Source: Mobula birostris
Lineage: Eukaryota
Direction of reading: 5' to 3'
Assembly: GCF_030028105.1 (NCBI RefSeq)
Contig: NC_092371.1
Span: forward strand, 165,037,358-165,101,357
DNA length: 64,000 nt
Numbering within the stretch: position 1 is the first letter of the stretch; each line of letters begins with the position of its first letter. The notes below the pieces were generated by a model. That model saw only the letters and a program-made list of their open reading frames with translations. It was not told the DNA's origin and made no database searches. Made by a program: the position numbers and the translations under genes. Shown here piece by piece: positions 1 through 12,809 of the stretch.

Positions 1-290
1 CATTCATTTAAACTCCAGCGAGGCCCGGATCCATCAAACACTCCTCAGACATTATAACGCTCCTTGTATTCTGAGGCTGTGCCCTTTGATCCTCGACTGT
101 TTCACTACCGAAAATGTTCTCTCTACACCTACGCTACGTAGGCTTTTCAATATTTGATAGGTTTCGATGAGATCCTCTCTCATTCTTCTAAGCTCCAACA
201 AATACAGGTGCAGCGCCACCAAACGCTCTTCACATGTTAACCCTTTCATTCCTGGGATGAATGTACTCAATGCTCTAACCAGCATCATCT
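1..290 (-). mobile_element. CR1-type LINE 3' fragment
   Basis: ORF 52-300(-) 'GMKGLTCEERL..LELRRMREDLIETYQIL' is the typical CR1 ORF2 C-terminus; degenerate. Confidence 0.8.
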
Positions 291-499
291 TTATTTTCAT
301 TAATACTTAATTATAAGCATGTCAGTCACATTCACAAACAGGTAACCTTGGGCACCACAGATATAATCAGCAATAACACTCATCCTTTTCCTGTATAAGA
401 TAATTTCCAAACTAAAAGACTCTTACCTCTAATACAATTCTATAAAAGAAAGTAAATAGAAAAGAGCTAACGATCATAAGAAGCTGTATGAAGCCATAC

Positions 500-578
500 C
501 TTCCAAGCCCCTTTGGACAGGGGTTCCTGTGACACACCAACGATTAATGGCAGTCAATCGTAGACACATTTCGGCAGC
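500..578 (-). CDS. SHPRH: SHPRH coding exon 10 (SNF2 motif III region); gene continues beyond left edge
   Basis: tttgtcatacag|GCTGCC...TTGGAAG|gtatgg; AAEMCLRLTAINRWCVTGTPVQRGLE matches SHPRH; 79 nt, phase 0 to 1. Confidence 0.93.
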
Positions 579-759
579 CTGTATGACAAAGAAACAAAGG
601 CAAATAGGAGTAATTCTGAGTGTGAAAATTCTTCTTTATCATCAAGAAAAATACTATGCATGGTTTGTTCATTTCAAAAATTAACCCTGAAAAGATGATT
701 TATATTCAAGAGAAAGAGAATTCATAACATAAAAAATGGAATCAGCAATATGCCATTTT

Positions 760-923
760 GTCCATAAGACATAGGAGCAGAACTAGACCATTCAGTTCAT
801 CAAGTCTGCTCCACTATTCCAACATGGCTGATTTATTATCCCTCGCAACCTCATTCTCCTGCCTTCTTCCATAATCTTTGACGCCACTACTAATCAAGAA
901 TCTATCAATCTCTGCTTCAAAAT
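760..923 (-). mobile_element. CR1 3' tail fragment interrupted by Tc1 element (continues ~3383-3480)
   Basis: Similar to the CR1 tail at 52890-53090; collinear across the Tc1 insertion (cttcaaaat|...|tatacccaatgac). Confidence 0.65.
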
Positions 924-3382
924 CAGTGTCTTGAAAAAGTATTCAGCTCCAACCACTGGTTCACATAAATGAGTTACAACCAGGGATTTTATCAATTTAA
1001 CTGAGGATTGTTATTTGTGAATCACATGCTCCTTTTTTCACAGTAGAGCCCCCCCCGCAAAAAAGGGGGAAATTATATAGCATGAAAAACTAAAAATTCT
1101 AAAACTGAGATGTCAGCAATTCAAAAGTATTCATCACCCTTTGCTCAGTTCTTAGTTGAACTAACTCTTGCAGCTATTACAACCAGTAGTCTTTTTTGGA
1201 TAAGTCTCTGTTAGTTTTGCACAATGTGATGGAGCAAGCTCCTCCCATTCCTCCTTGCAAAATTGCTCAAGCTGTGTCAGGTTAGTTGGGGTGCAGCAAT
1301 GGACAGCATTCTTGAGGTGTTGACAGAACTGTTTGATTGGGTTAAGGTCAGGATTTTGACTGGGCCACTCAAGTACAACAATTTTCTTCATTTGAAGCCA
1401 CTCCATGGTTGTTCTGGCAGTGTGCTTTGGGTCACTGTCCTGTTGAAAGATGTACTTCCTCCCCTATTTAAGCTTTCAGGCAGAGGCTACCAGGTTTTTA
1501 TCCAGGATCTCCCTGTATTTAACCGCATTCATCTCCCCATCAATCCTCACCATATTTCCAGTCCTTGCTGCTGAAAAGCATCCCCATAGCCTTTACAGTA
1601 GGGCTGGTGTTAACTCATTCCACCCCCCCCCCCACTCTCTGCTTTCCAAAGGCATTCCCTTGTCCATTCATTCTTCCCCACTAAACTCCCTCCCAGCACT
1701 TATCCCTGCAAGCAGCCAAATTGCTACACCTGTCTATTCATCTCCTCCCTCACCTGCTTTCAGGGCCCCAGACAGTTTTTCCAGGTGAGGCAACATTTCA
1801 CCTGCAAACCTGCTGGGTCACCTATTGTATCTGATGCTCTGACGTGGCCTCCTCTACATTGGTAAGACCTGTTATAAATTGGGGGACCGCTACATCGACC
1901 CCACTGCTCCATCTACCTGAAGCAGAACTTCCCAGTGACCAACATTTTAATTCCCGTTCCGACATCTTGGTCCACAGTCTCCTCTTGTGCCACGATAAGG
2001 CCACCCTCAGGGTAGAGGAGCAACACTTTGTGTTCTGTCTGGGTAGCCTCCAACCTGATGGCATGAATATCAAGTTCTCTTTCCAGTAAAAAAAAATTCC
2101 CTACCTTTCCTCTCTCTTCTATTCCCCACTCTGGCCTTTTACCCCTTCTTACGTGCATAGCACCTCCCCCTGGTGCCCAGTCCTCCTTTACTTTCTCCTA
2201 TGGTCCACTCTCCTCTCCTATCAGATTCTTTCCTCTCCGGCCCTTTATCTTTCCCACCCACCTAGCCTTATCTATCACCTTCTAGCTATCCTTCTTCCCT
2301 TCCTCCCAGTTCTTTTATTCTGGCATCCTTTTCAGTCCTGAAGGGTCTCGGCCTGAAATGTTGCCTGATTGTTCATTTCCATGGATGCTGCCTGCCCTGC
2401 AGAGTTCCTCCAGCAATTTGTGTGTGCTTCCTTGGATTTCCAGATTCTGCAGAATTTCTTGTGTTTGTGGTGTGACCTAACTGAAATGCAATATTAGATT
2501 TATGCCACAGAAACCACTTAGTGTTGAGGCCAAAATATTGCACTTTCGTCTCATCCGACCACAAGACCGTCTTGCACATTTTTACATTACCTTCTAAGTG
2601 GCACTTTCTAAAGTTTTTACGGGCAAGGACATGCTCTTTTAGCCAGGACTCCTTCCTTGTCACTCTTGTATAAATACCCTTTTTGTGCAAGTCCTTAGAG
2701 ATTGTGGAGCCATGAATTTCATCTCCAAGAGCCGCCAACTTCTGCAGCTCACTTAAGAGCGACTGTTAGCATCACAGTAGCCTCTCTTACAAGTGCTATT
2801 CTGCTCAGGCAGTTAAAGTTAAAGGGAAAGCCTGACCTAGGCAATGTGGCAGTGTTTTCATATTTTTTCCACTTTTTCACGATGGACTGCACTGAGCTCT
2901 GACATATGTTCAGAGCCTTTGAGATGGTCTTGTACCCTTCCCCAGATTTGTGCTTCTCTATTATCATTTCCCAGACATGCCTTGGAAGCTCTTTTGTCTT
3001 CATTTTGTTCTGGTCTTTTGAAAATTTACCATACTGGTAGATCTTACAGAGAGAGAGGGTATTATTCTTATGAACTCATTGACAACAGGCGATCCTCCAA
3101 ATTTTTACACCAACAAATTGGATGAGTTGGTAAGGTAGTATACAGTATTGCAGCTGAAGAGAGTTAGCATAGTAACTACAAAGGGGATGAATAGTTTTTC
3201 AGCCTCACAATTTTGTTTTTTAATTTTAGTAAATTGTTGACAGGTTTTAGAATTTTTCTTTTGATTTGACATTATGCACAATGTTGTGTAGATTAGCTCA
3301 AAAACCCCATTTCAATGTATTTTAAATTTAGAATATGAAAATATGAAAAGTTGTGGGGGTGGAATACTTTTTCAAAGCACTG
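924..3382 (-). mobile_element. Tc1/mariner (IR/DR, Sleeping Beauty-like) DNA transposon with decayed transposase
   Basis: TIRs cagtgtcttgaaaaagtattc (924) and gaatactttttcaaagcactg (ends 3382, followed by TA); inner DRs ~1121-1140 and ~3181-3203; transposase pieces MKTKEL..HKSGEGYKTISK (2749-3003), VLWSDETK (2373-2738), LEWPSQNPDLNPI (1161-1406). Confidence 0.92.
1614..2466 (+). mobile_element. Penelope-like (Neptune) 3' fragment: GIY-YIG C-terminus plus pLTR, nested inside Tc1
   Basis: Translation 'HFNS..LRVEEQHFVFCLGSLQPDGMNI' as in the 21497-22453 ORF; pLTR tail gatgctgcctgccctgcagagttcctccagc; degenerate hammerhead ~2333-2370. Confidence 0.85.
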
Positions 3383-3518
3383 TATACCCAATGACTTAGC
3401 CTTCACAGCTTTCTTTGGCAATGCATTCTACAGACATCTCAGGTTAAGACCCCTTATCTGGTCATCCTATACTCTAGATGCAATTCCCGCCTACAAAGTT
3501 TGCTTTCTATAGCCTCAC

Positions 3519-3770
3519 CTTGGCAGTGGCACATTCAACCATTTGAGCCTCATCCAGACAGATCCTCCACCACTCCACTGCAACTAGAGGACTTGGAATG
3601 GCCATGTAGCGCTTCTCTTTGCGTAATCGACGCCCATCATCACTGTTACTATGAGGTATGTCGACATAATTCAGCTCTGTTCGAAGTACATCATATGTCG
3701 TGATGACTATCTCATGCTCTGCTAGTGCATGAGGTTGTATAAAACCATGTTTCTTCACTCCTTGGTACAC
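3519..3770 (-). CDS. SHPRH: SHPRH coding exon 9 (SNF2 motif Ia-II, LDEAQ Walker B)
   Basis: ctacag|GTGTAC...GCCAAG|gtgagg; VYQGVKKHGF...WWRICLDEAQMVECATAK; 252 nt, phase 0. Confidence 0.95.
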
Positions 3771-4539
3771 CTGTAGAGGACAAACAGTGGAAGCTGGATT
3801 TGCTGATGAACGTGCTATCCTGAATAATTAAACTAAATTGTCAAAACTAATCAAAATAGTGGGTAAATAATATATAAAACTTAAATAAAAATAATTAATT
3901 ATAAAGCTAAATTAAGCAGTTATGGATAAATGTTGAATGAGACTTTAAACCATCATAGTGAAATAGTCCATTAGGTGTGATAACGATCCACAAGCAATCA
4001 TTAGAAGCTGATGTTGAGCAATGGTAACAATCAGGATCAGAATCAGGTTTATTATCACCACCTTCTATATTGTAAACTTTGTTGTTTTATTGAAGTACAA
4101 TGCAAAGACATAAAATTACCATAAATTACAAAATAAATAAATGGTGCAAAAAAAGGAATAATGTGGTATAAGAGCAATAGTAATTCCCACACTAATCTAA
4201 TTCTCTCTTTTAAAAATACCTTTGGTGGCTTCCTGTGGGCCTTTTAAGAACATCTGGATGGGCCCTGTTTAGCTGAAATGGAGCTCATGGCAATTACTTT
4301 CTGCAGGGGGTACGTCAAACTGGCATTGGGACAACTTATTTGCCTTTTGCAAAGCTCATGGACAGTATGAGCCATATGTTTTGGATACCTTTTTTTCCCT
4401 AACCCAATATGGCAACTGGTTCTACAGCAAGCACTTGCTGGTCACCATATCGATGGCTTAGAGCTCAGAATACTAGGACTCAGGATAGGCTCCTATCAGA
4501 ATCAAATGGAGCTTATTAAAAATTGGGTAAATAGTGTGC

Positions 4540-4865
4540 TACTAATGGGAAGACAATTTTTTTCCACTGAGGTTGGGTGAGAGTAGAACTAAGGGTCACA
4601 AGGTAAGTGTGAAAAGTGAAATATTTAAGGGGGGACCTGAGGAGGAATTTCTCCGCTCAGAGTGTGAAACAAGTTGCCAACAGAAGTGGTGGATAACGAG
4701 TTTGACTGCAATACTTAAGGGACATTTGGATAAGAGTATGGATGGGAGGGGTATGGAAGGCTCAGGTCCAGGTGCAGACGGATGGGTCTAGGCAGAACAA
4801 CAGTTCAACATTGATTAGATGGGCTGAAAGGCCTGCTTCTGTGCTGTAGTGCTCTATGATTCTAC
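4540..4865 (+). mobile_element. CR1 3' end fragment
   Basis: GESRTKGH motif and tail ggcctgcttctgtgctgtagtgctctatgattcta. Confidence 0.75.
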
Positions 4866-5072
4866 AAACCTTAGTGATGAGGATATATCATTCTAAAATC
4901 AGAAGTCAGTAAGGTTCTTAAAGTAAAATTCCTTACAACTTCCTTGCAATAAATAATTCTAATATACTTGGAGAACAATTGAGCGAAAAAGAATAAAGTG
5001 ATATATGTTATGGAAACAATGCTTTAAAAATTCATACAATCTGGACTTATTTCTCTCTGTAGCAATGCTTAC

Positions 5073-5777
5073 CAGGATGGAAATTGAAGATGATCTCACA
5101 TGCCTGTTAATTTCATCCACCCACTGGTGGCAGATGGAACTGGGGGAGATAATGAGGGTTGCAGATGTGGACACAGGCTTCATCTTGACCAGGCAATGGG
5201 GGCAGTAGAATGGCCTGATACTAAGGTCGTCTTCCTTGTAATTCACACATGTAGCATGCTGCCACAAGTGGCAGTTCAGGCACTGAATGCGTGCTTTATA
5301 ATCAGCCAATCCACTTTCACCGCATATGCATTCAAAATGACACTTTGACCTGGTGTAGGGAGAAGTCATTTTAGATGACTGCGTTCTGTCCGTATCTTGC
5401 AAATCTCCCTGGAGGATATTTGGGGATCTTTTATCATTTATTGGCACCTCACTTGAGGTAAAACAACTTTCCCTTATTTCACCAGATTCATTATTTTCTG
5501 CAATCCCTTGTCCAGACAGCAAAAAATCTAAGCCACCATCATGAGTCTCCTCTTTCAGATCAAGTTCCTGAGATACTTCTGGTGGTTCTGCTTCATTCTT
5601 GCATGGCTCAGTTTCATTACAATTGTTCTTTTCATTTTCCAAGAGACAATCAGGGATATCATTTGCCAATGGTTTGCCAGTGCCTGTTGTATTCAAAGCA
5701 GGATCAGTTTCTTCTGTTTTCATCTCCTGCTTGTTATTCAGAAAAATGGGCAATAGGCTTTTCCCAGGGCTTAGCTT
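5073..5777 (-). CDS. SHPRH: SHPRH coding exon 8 (acidic linker + PHD finger + motif Ia start)
   Basis: tttttgcttag|AAGCTA...ATCCTG|gtaagc; FECICGE..IQCLNCHLWQHATCV..FYCPHC PHD finger, then TLIISPSSICHQWVDEI; 705 nt, phase 0. Confidence 0.92.
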
Positions 5778-6149
5778 CTAAGCAAAAACAAAATAAGAAG
5801 TCTTGTAAAATAGTTTATTATTCACAGAAGTTAGAACATTCTGCTGAACCACTGCTTTTCAAACTTAAACCTTCATGTAAATAAATCATTCTGGTTTATC
5901 TATTCTGTCCCCACATCTCTTTCTTCCCTGTTCCTTCATCTAGTTATCATACATTTATATTGTTTGTGCATCCACACGAATCCTGAGAATTGATTCCATA
6001 GTCTCATAACTTTTTGTTTTAAAAAAAAATCTCCTATCCCTGTTGTAAATCTGTGAGATTTTATCACCCTTCATTCTGGGTTTAAAACATTCATCCTGAC
6101 ACACAAGCTGGAAACCCTCCGACAGTTATTAAATAAATCCACAATAAAA

Positions 6150-6370
6150 GGCTGGTATCATTAATGGTGGTCCCGCTGGATGGTGGTTAAAGCCTACCTG
6201 GTTCAATCATATCCTTTATTTAGGGAAATCTGTTATCTTTTCCAGTCTAACCTACATGTGACTTCAGACTTGGTGATGTGATTTGACTCTTAGTTGGTCC
6301 TCAGTTTCGAGACAATTACAATGGATAATAAAGAATTAGTATTACAAACAACATGACAGGTAATGAATAA
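6150..6370 (+). repeat. Ancient SINE-like repeat; reverse-orientation relative at ~49295-49480
   Basis: ctggttca..tcctttattagggaaatctg..cctacatgtgacttcagac..gactctta..caattacaatggataataaa resembles a common elasmobranch SINE; heavily decayed. Confidence 0.4.
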
Positions 6371-7509
6371 ATATTTTTAGAAATTTCTGCACCACCTGGA
6401 CCCTTCTCTTGGGCTTCATGATCTCTATTGGTGTTTTTATTGCAGCTATGACATCAAAGATTTCAACAATCCTGTTCCACTCTCCTACTGTCATTTAAGT
6501 CCCTTGAACTTTCAGTAAAAGTAACACCAATACTGTCATCCTGACAAAGAAAGTGTTGTTATTGTTCAGCTATAAAGGCTGACTGCTCTGATCACTATCA
6601 TATATCTTCTGGCCCATGACCTCATCACCCCAAACATCAGACCATTTTTCAAGACAATGACTGATATTTTTTGCTTTGGAAATTTCACCACAGCAAGCAA
6701 CCTCATAATTCTACTTCTGCATTCTCCCAAGGATCCTATTACAGGCTATCCTTTTATTATCACCTTTTCAGCTTGTTCTTGCTCCACAGAACATGTTTTA
6801 TCCCTTCTTGATTCTTCCTTTTTCTCCTGTCCAGTCTCTTGCCATCTAAATTTGCAATACATCTAATACTCCGTTTCCCAGTTTCCTGACCTCAACTATT
6901 TAATTTGTACTTTGGACATACATTCATATAAATACTCCTTTTCCTATCATTAAGGCCTGAAAACTTTTAGATTTTTCCTTGATGAGCAGTCCAACCATTC
7001 TCCCTCTACACCCATCACCCTCAGATCATCTGCAGGGCTACTTAATATTTCCAGCATGTTGCGTTCTAGCTTCAGCTTTCAATTCTCAGCAGTATTTTGC
7101 ATTTACCCACTTAGCCGTATCAGAGTACATATCCACTCAGTCATACTTCTCTTTAGCAAAGATACATGCAAAACACTTAAGAAAACATCTTTTTTTTTTG
7201 AACATATTCTTTCTCTCTGAGGTCTATATCTCATGCTATCAATACTCAATTTCACAGATTACAATTTCCGCTCCTTTGGGTGTGTTTTTTTCTGAAATAC
7301 ATAGAAAAACCAAAATGTTAACCTGGATGTACAATCTTCTCTTTTACTGAGATTTAGAAGCTCAGACAGAGCAATTAATAACACTTAAGAGAAATTATCA
7401 TTTCATGAGTAAGATCAACTGAGACAGTCCTGACGAGTAGAATGAATTGATGTGGAAGTAAATATGGCTTGGAAGTAAAACTATTTTCTATGAGCCAGGC
7501 ACTTAATAC

Positions 7510-7766
7510 CTGTTTTTCTGTTCCTTTTCTTTTTGTTTGTTCTTTGTAATTCTTTCCAATAATGAAGGAACCAGCTAAGCCATGACCTTTGACCTGTTTA
7601 ATCACTTGCTCTGCAATTAGTTTTGCTAAGGTTTTCTTGATTAGATGGCGATTCCGTTGAATGTCATACTTGTAGGTACCATTGATGTATTTGTATATGG
7701 CATTGACAGAGGTCGACTTCCTCACATTCATTTCCTTTATAGCAGTAATGATCATTACTCGAAGAC
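7510..7766 (-). CDS. SHPRH: SHPRH coding exon 7 (H15 linker-histone domain)
   Basis: ctgtacag|GTCTTCGA...AAACAG|gtatta; LRVMIITAIKEM..YKYI..VIKQVKGHGLAGSFIIGK; 257 nt, phase 1 to 0. Confidence 0.94.
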
Positions 7767-7989
7767 CTGTACAGAAGATAAATGAATTAATATTAATCAG
7801 TAGTACAAATAATTCACTTCTCAATCTTTGATTTGTTCACAGGCTTATCTTCATTATTTTCAAATCCTTCCATGGCTTCAACTCTCTCCTCTCCTGCAGC
7901 CATATAGCCTCATCCCACTTTCTATGACTACCAGACTGGGTAACAGAGGTCTTGTCACTCTGACAATGAGCTGTTACTTGTACTGTCTA

Positions 7990-10790
7990 TAACCCGCTCA
8001 TCCATGTACCAATCCAAGTTTCTCTTAAATGTTGAATTCGAACCCTCATCCACCACTTGCACTGTCAGCTCATTCTACACTCTGACCATCATGAGTGAAG
8101 AAGTTCTCTCTCATGTTCCCCTTAAAAATTTCACCTTTCTGCATTAACTCATGACCTCTAGTTGTAGTCTCACCCAACCTCAGTGGAAAACGCCTGCTTG
8201 CATTTACTCTATCTAGATCCCTCATAATTTTGTATACCTCTATCAAATCTCCCCTCAATCTTCTAGGTTCTAGCAAATAAAATCCTAACCTATCCAATCT
8301 TTCTCTATAACTCAGGTCCTCAAGTCCTCGCAACATCCTTGTAATTTTTCTCATTATTTTTTCAAGCTTTTTTACATCCTTCCTGTAGGTAGGTGACCAA
8401 AACTGCACACAATACTCCAAATTAGGTATCACCAATGTCTATACAATTTCAACATAACATCCAAATTGCTGTACTGAATACATTGATTTACGAAGGCCAA
8501 CATACCAAAAGCTTTCTTTACTACCTATCTACCTATGGCACCATTTTCAAGGAATAATGGATTAGTGTTCCCAAATCCCTCCTTTCTACTGCACTCCTCT
8601 GTGCCCGACTGCTCATGGTGTTAAGACCTACCCAAACTGGTCCTCCCAATTTGCAACACTCCAGACTTGTCTGCATTAAATTCTATCTGCCAGTTTTCAG
8701 TCCATTTTTCCAGCTGGTCGAGATCCCACTACAAGCTCTAATAGTTTTCCTCACTGTCCACTACACCCCAATCTTGGTGTCATCTGCAAATTTGCCAATC
8801 CAGTTAACTACATAATCATCCAGATCATTGATTTAGATGGCAAACAACAACGAACCCAGCACCAATCCCTGCGGCACACTACTAGTCACAGGTCTCTAGT
8901 CAGAAAGGCAACCATCTACTACCACACTCTGGCTTCTTCCATGAAGTCAATATCTAATTCAATTTACTACCTCATTTTGAATGCTAAGCAACTGAACCTT
9001 CTTGACCATCCACCCATTAGGGACCTAGTCAAAGGCCTTGCTAAAGTCCATGTAGATAATTTCTACCGCCTTGCCTTTATCAATTTTCCTGGTAATTTGC
9101 TCGTAAAACTCTGCAAGATTGGTAAAACACAACTTAACACGCACAACGCCATGTTGACTATCCCTAATCAGTCCCTGTCTATCCAAATACTTACATATCC
9201 GGTTCATTAGAATACTTTCCAATAACTTGATATCAGGCTCACCAGCCTGTAATTTGTTGGCTTATTCTTTGAACATTTCTTAAACAACGGAACAACATTG
9301 GCTATCCTCCAATCCTCAAGCACCTCACCCATGGCTAAAAGTATTTCATATCTCTGCTGAGCACCCTGCAATTTCTGCACCAGCCTCCCAAGGGTCTGAG
9401 GGATCACCTTGTCAGTCTCTGAGGATTTATCTTCCCTAATTTGCCTCAAGACAGCTAACACCTCCTCTTCTGTAATCTATTTAGAGTCTATGACCTGGCT
9501 GATGCATTTCCTCATGTCGATAGACTCTACCACCGTCTCCTGCATAAATACAGATGCAAAAAGTCCACTTAGATCTCCACCATCTCTTTCAGCTCCATGC
9601 ATAGATTACTGCTCTGATCTTGCAAAGGACCAAATTTGTCCCCTGCTATCCTTTTGATCTTAAAAAATCTGTAGAAGCCATTAAGATTCTCCTTCATTTT
9701 GTCTGCTAGAGCTACTTCATGCCTTCTTTCAGCCCTCCTGATTTCCTTTTTATACTCAAGTGCCTAATTTCTTCCTGCCTGCCTATACTTGTAATGCACC
9801 TCCTTCTTTTTCAAAGTTCAAAGCTATTATCAAGGCACATATATGTCACTATATATAAACCTCAGATTCATTTTCTTGTGGGGGTATTTAATAAATTCAT
9901 GATAGGATAATAATCATTAAAAATAATCAATGAAACACTGCACTAACTTGGGCATTCAACCAGTGTGCAAAAGACAACAAACTGTACAAAAAGAAGAGAT
10001 TTTCTCTACACAAACTTCTGTCACCTGCCCTGTCTCATTCCCTAATAGGAGATCTAGTGCCGGACTCTCTCCAGTTGGGACTTATATGTACTGACTAAGG
10101 AAACTTTCTTGAACATACTTGACAAACTTTTTCCTGTCCAGCCCTTCTACAGTATGGAAGTCCCAGTCAATATAAAGAAAGTTAGAATCACCTACTATTA
10201 CAACCTTATGTTTCTTGCAATAGTCTGCAATCTCTCTACAAATTTGCTTTTCTAAGTCCCATGTATTGTTGGGTGATCTATAACATAATCCCATTATTGT
10301 GGTCATACCTTTCTTATTCCGCAGTTCTACCCATAAAGCCTCACTGTACGAGCTCTCCAGTCTGTCCTGACTGAGCACTGCCATAACTTTTTCCTTGACC
10401 AGTAATGCATCCCTCCCCCGTCAATCCCTCCCACTCTATCAGATCTAAAACAACAGAACCCTGGAACACTGATCCAGCTGCCAGTCCCACCCCTCCTGCA
10501 ACCCAGTCTACAATGGCTACAATGTCATAATTCCACGTGCTGATTCATGCCCTAAGTCCACCCACCTTTCCTACAATACTCCTTGCATTGAAATATATGC
10601 AGCTCAGAACGTCAGTCTCACCATGTTCAATCTTTTGATTCCTGACCTTGTATGTAAGCTTAACAACATTTTTTCCACAACCACTCCACAATCTATTATG
10701 GCGCAATGGCTCCCATTCCGCTGTAACTCTAGTTTAATACCACCCCCTCTCCCACCTCCATGCAGCACTAGAAAACCTCCCTGCTAGGAC
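7990..10790 (-). mobile_element. Long CR1 LINE remnant (APE endonuclease + RT), interrupted ~9810-10000 by a Rex/Babar-type 3' tail
   Basis: ORF pieces VIVGDSNF..IDW (EN, 10082-10384), WRIANVVPLFKK..NYRLVSL, YMDFSKAFD (RT), LEYCVQFWSP..RGDLIEVYKIM. Confidence 0.9.
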
Positions 10791-11029
10791 TGCATGGAGA
10801 GGTTTAAATTAGAGTTGCAGTGGGATGGAAACTATACCACCAGAACAGATCATGGAGTGGTTGTGGAGAAAGATGTTAAGCCTACGTACAATGATAACAT
10901 CATTAAATTTTGAAGGTAGTTGACTAAGCTTTCTCTTTCCGGAGATGATCATTGTTTGGTTCAATGGTAACTTACCATTATGCAAGTTATTTTAGAGCAG
11001 AATAACATGCAATCATCAATGAATCATAG

Positions 11030-11495
11030 AATCATTGAGTCATACAGCTCTACAGCACAGAAACTGGCCCTTTAGCACATGTAGTCTGTGCTGAACTGTT
11101 ATTCTTGGTCACATCAATGCATACCTGGTCATAGTCGTCAATACCCTTGCATCCATGTACTTATTCAAACTTCTCTTAAATATTGAATCAAACCCACATC
11201 CACCACTTCCTCTGTCAGCTTTTCCACATAAGCACCATCTTCTGAGTAAAGAAATTCCCCTTCAAGTTTCCCTTAAATATTTCACCTTTAAATTTAAACT
11301 ATAACCTATAGTTCCAGTCTCTCCCACCTTCAGTGGAAAAAACATGCTTGCATTTACCCTATCCATATCCCTCATAATTTTGTATCTGTCTATCAAATCT
11401 CCCCTCATTCTTCTACATTCCAGGAAATACAGTCTTAATTTACTCAGTCTTTCTCTATAACTCAAGTCTTAAAGAACTGGCAACATCCTTGTACA
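11030..11495 (-). mobile_element. CR1 3' end fragment
   Basis: ORF 11262-11465 SYRERL..RRMRGDLID.YKIM and the CR1 3' tail. Confidence 0.8.
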
Positions 11496-11863
11496 TAATT
11501 TTTCTTTGTTAAAGATGAGTTAAAGATCATTCAGGTAACAAGAAAAATTAGTTGATACCAGGGCACAATCTTAATAAACTTCTGTATCAAGGCCTGTGTC
11601 TGAGAATTAATTAATAGAATCCCATCTCCTTGATTCCAACTGGCCAATTGCACCCCAATTGTTGAATCCCCACATGATCAAATGCTGGACTTTCAGAAGC
11701 AATCATTTGTCTATATTTGGAGCAAGAGCTCAATAAGACTGCACTTGCTGTTGCCAGCGCTATCTATATTGCTGACAGTGAATTATGTGTGATGAAAACC
11801 AGTTTTTGTGGCAGTGGGAACTGTCAGAAAGCATTGTTTCCACAAAATCTTCGCAATATGTAA

Positions 11864-12426
11864 ACACCAGTTGTGCCTGTTATTTAGGTAGCCAATAATG
11901 TACCACGTTATTAGGTACAGTTGCTTGTTAATACAAATATCTAATTAGCCAATCATGTGGTAGCAATTCCATGCCTAAAATCATGCATAATCAAGAGGTT
12001 CAGTTGTTGTTCAGACCAAACATTAGAATAGGGAAGAAATGTGATCTAAGCGACTATGACTATGGAAAGATTGTTGGTGTCAGACAGGGTGGTTTGAGTA
12101 CCTCAGAAACCACTGATCTGCTGGGATCTTCACAGAGAATGATGCAAAAAACATAAAATATTAAGTGAGTGGCAGATCTGTGGGTGAAAATGCCTTGTTA
12201 ACGAGAGGTCAGAGGGGAATGGCCGGACTGGTTCACCCTGACAAGGAGGCCACAGTAACTTAAATAAACACGTGTTATAACAAGTGGTGTTCTGAACAGC
12301 ATCTCTGAATACATAACACATCGAACCTTGAAGTGGATGGTCTACAACAGCAGAAAACCACGAATGTGCACTCAGTAACTCCTTTATAAGGTACAGGAGA
12401 TGACTAGTGAAGTGGCCATTGAGTTT
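11864..12426 (+). mobile_element. Non-autonomous Tc1-like element (internal deletion derivative)
   Basis: Transposase N-terminal remnant GKKCDLSDYDYGKIVGVRQGGLSTSETTDLLG (11971-12156); terminal cactcagt..ttataaggtacagga / aagtggccattgagt repeats. Confidence 0.7.
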
Positions 12427-12559
12427 ATATACTAATCCAAAACTGAACTGACTTGAAACACATATTGGGTATTCATGAGCAGGTTATCAAGTAACCTTGA
12501 TATCATTGTCAGAAGCACTTTCCATTACTTCAATGATAACTGAAAGTGGGCTGATGACT

Positions 12560-12652
12560 GCCGAAGGGTCTCGCCCTGAAATGTCGACTGTACTTTTTCT
12601 CCACACATGCTGCCTGCCCTACTGAGTTCCTCCAGCACTTTGTGCGTGTTGA
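12560..12652 (+). repeat. Solo Penelope pLTR fragment with degenerate hammerhead
   Basis: ctgccgaagggtctcgccctgaaatgtcgactgt followed by atgctgcctgccctactgagttcctccagc. Confidence 0.75.
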
Positions 12653-12809
12653 TGACAGAATAACCAGATTGTACTTTTTCTACTTTTTTTTTGACAGGAC
12701 ACATTTGGCTGACTTACTATTATTTAAAATCATCAGCTTGTTGAGAGGTGCATCTGATCTAAAACAGAGGTCTTCAGCATGAAGATGTACGTGTTTGTTT
12801 GTTTATTCA

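Noticed and set aside
6764-6845. Purine-rich AG..GT-bounded segment as an extra SHPRH exon between H15 and PHD
   Set aside because: In the required phase 0 it contains a stop, and its 82-nt length shifts frame; the flanking exons already join in frame
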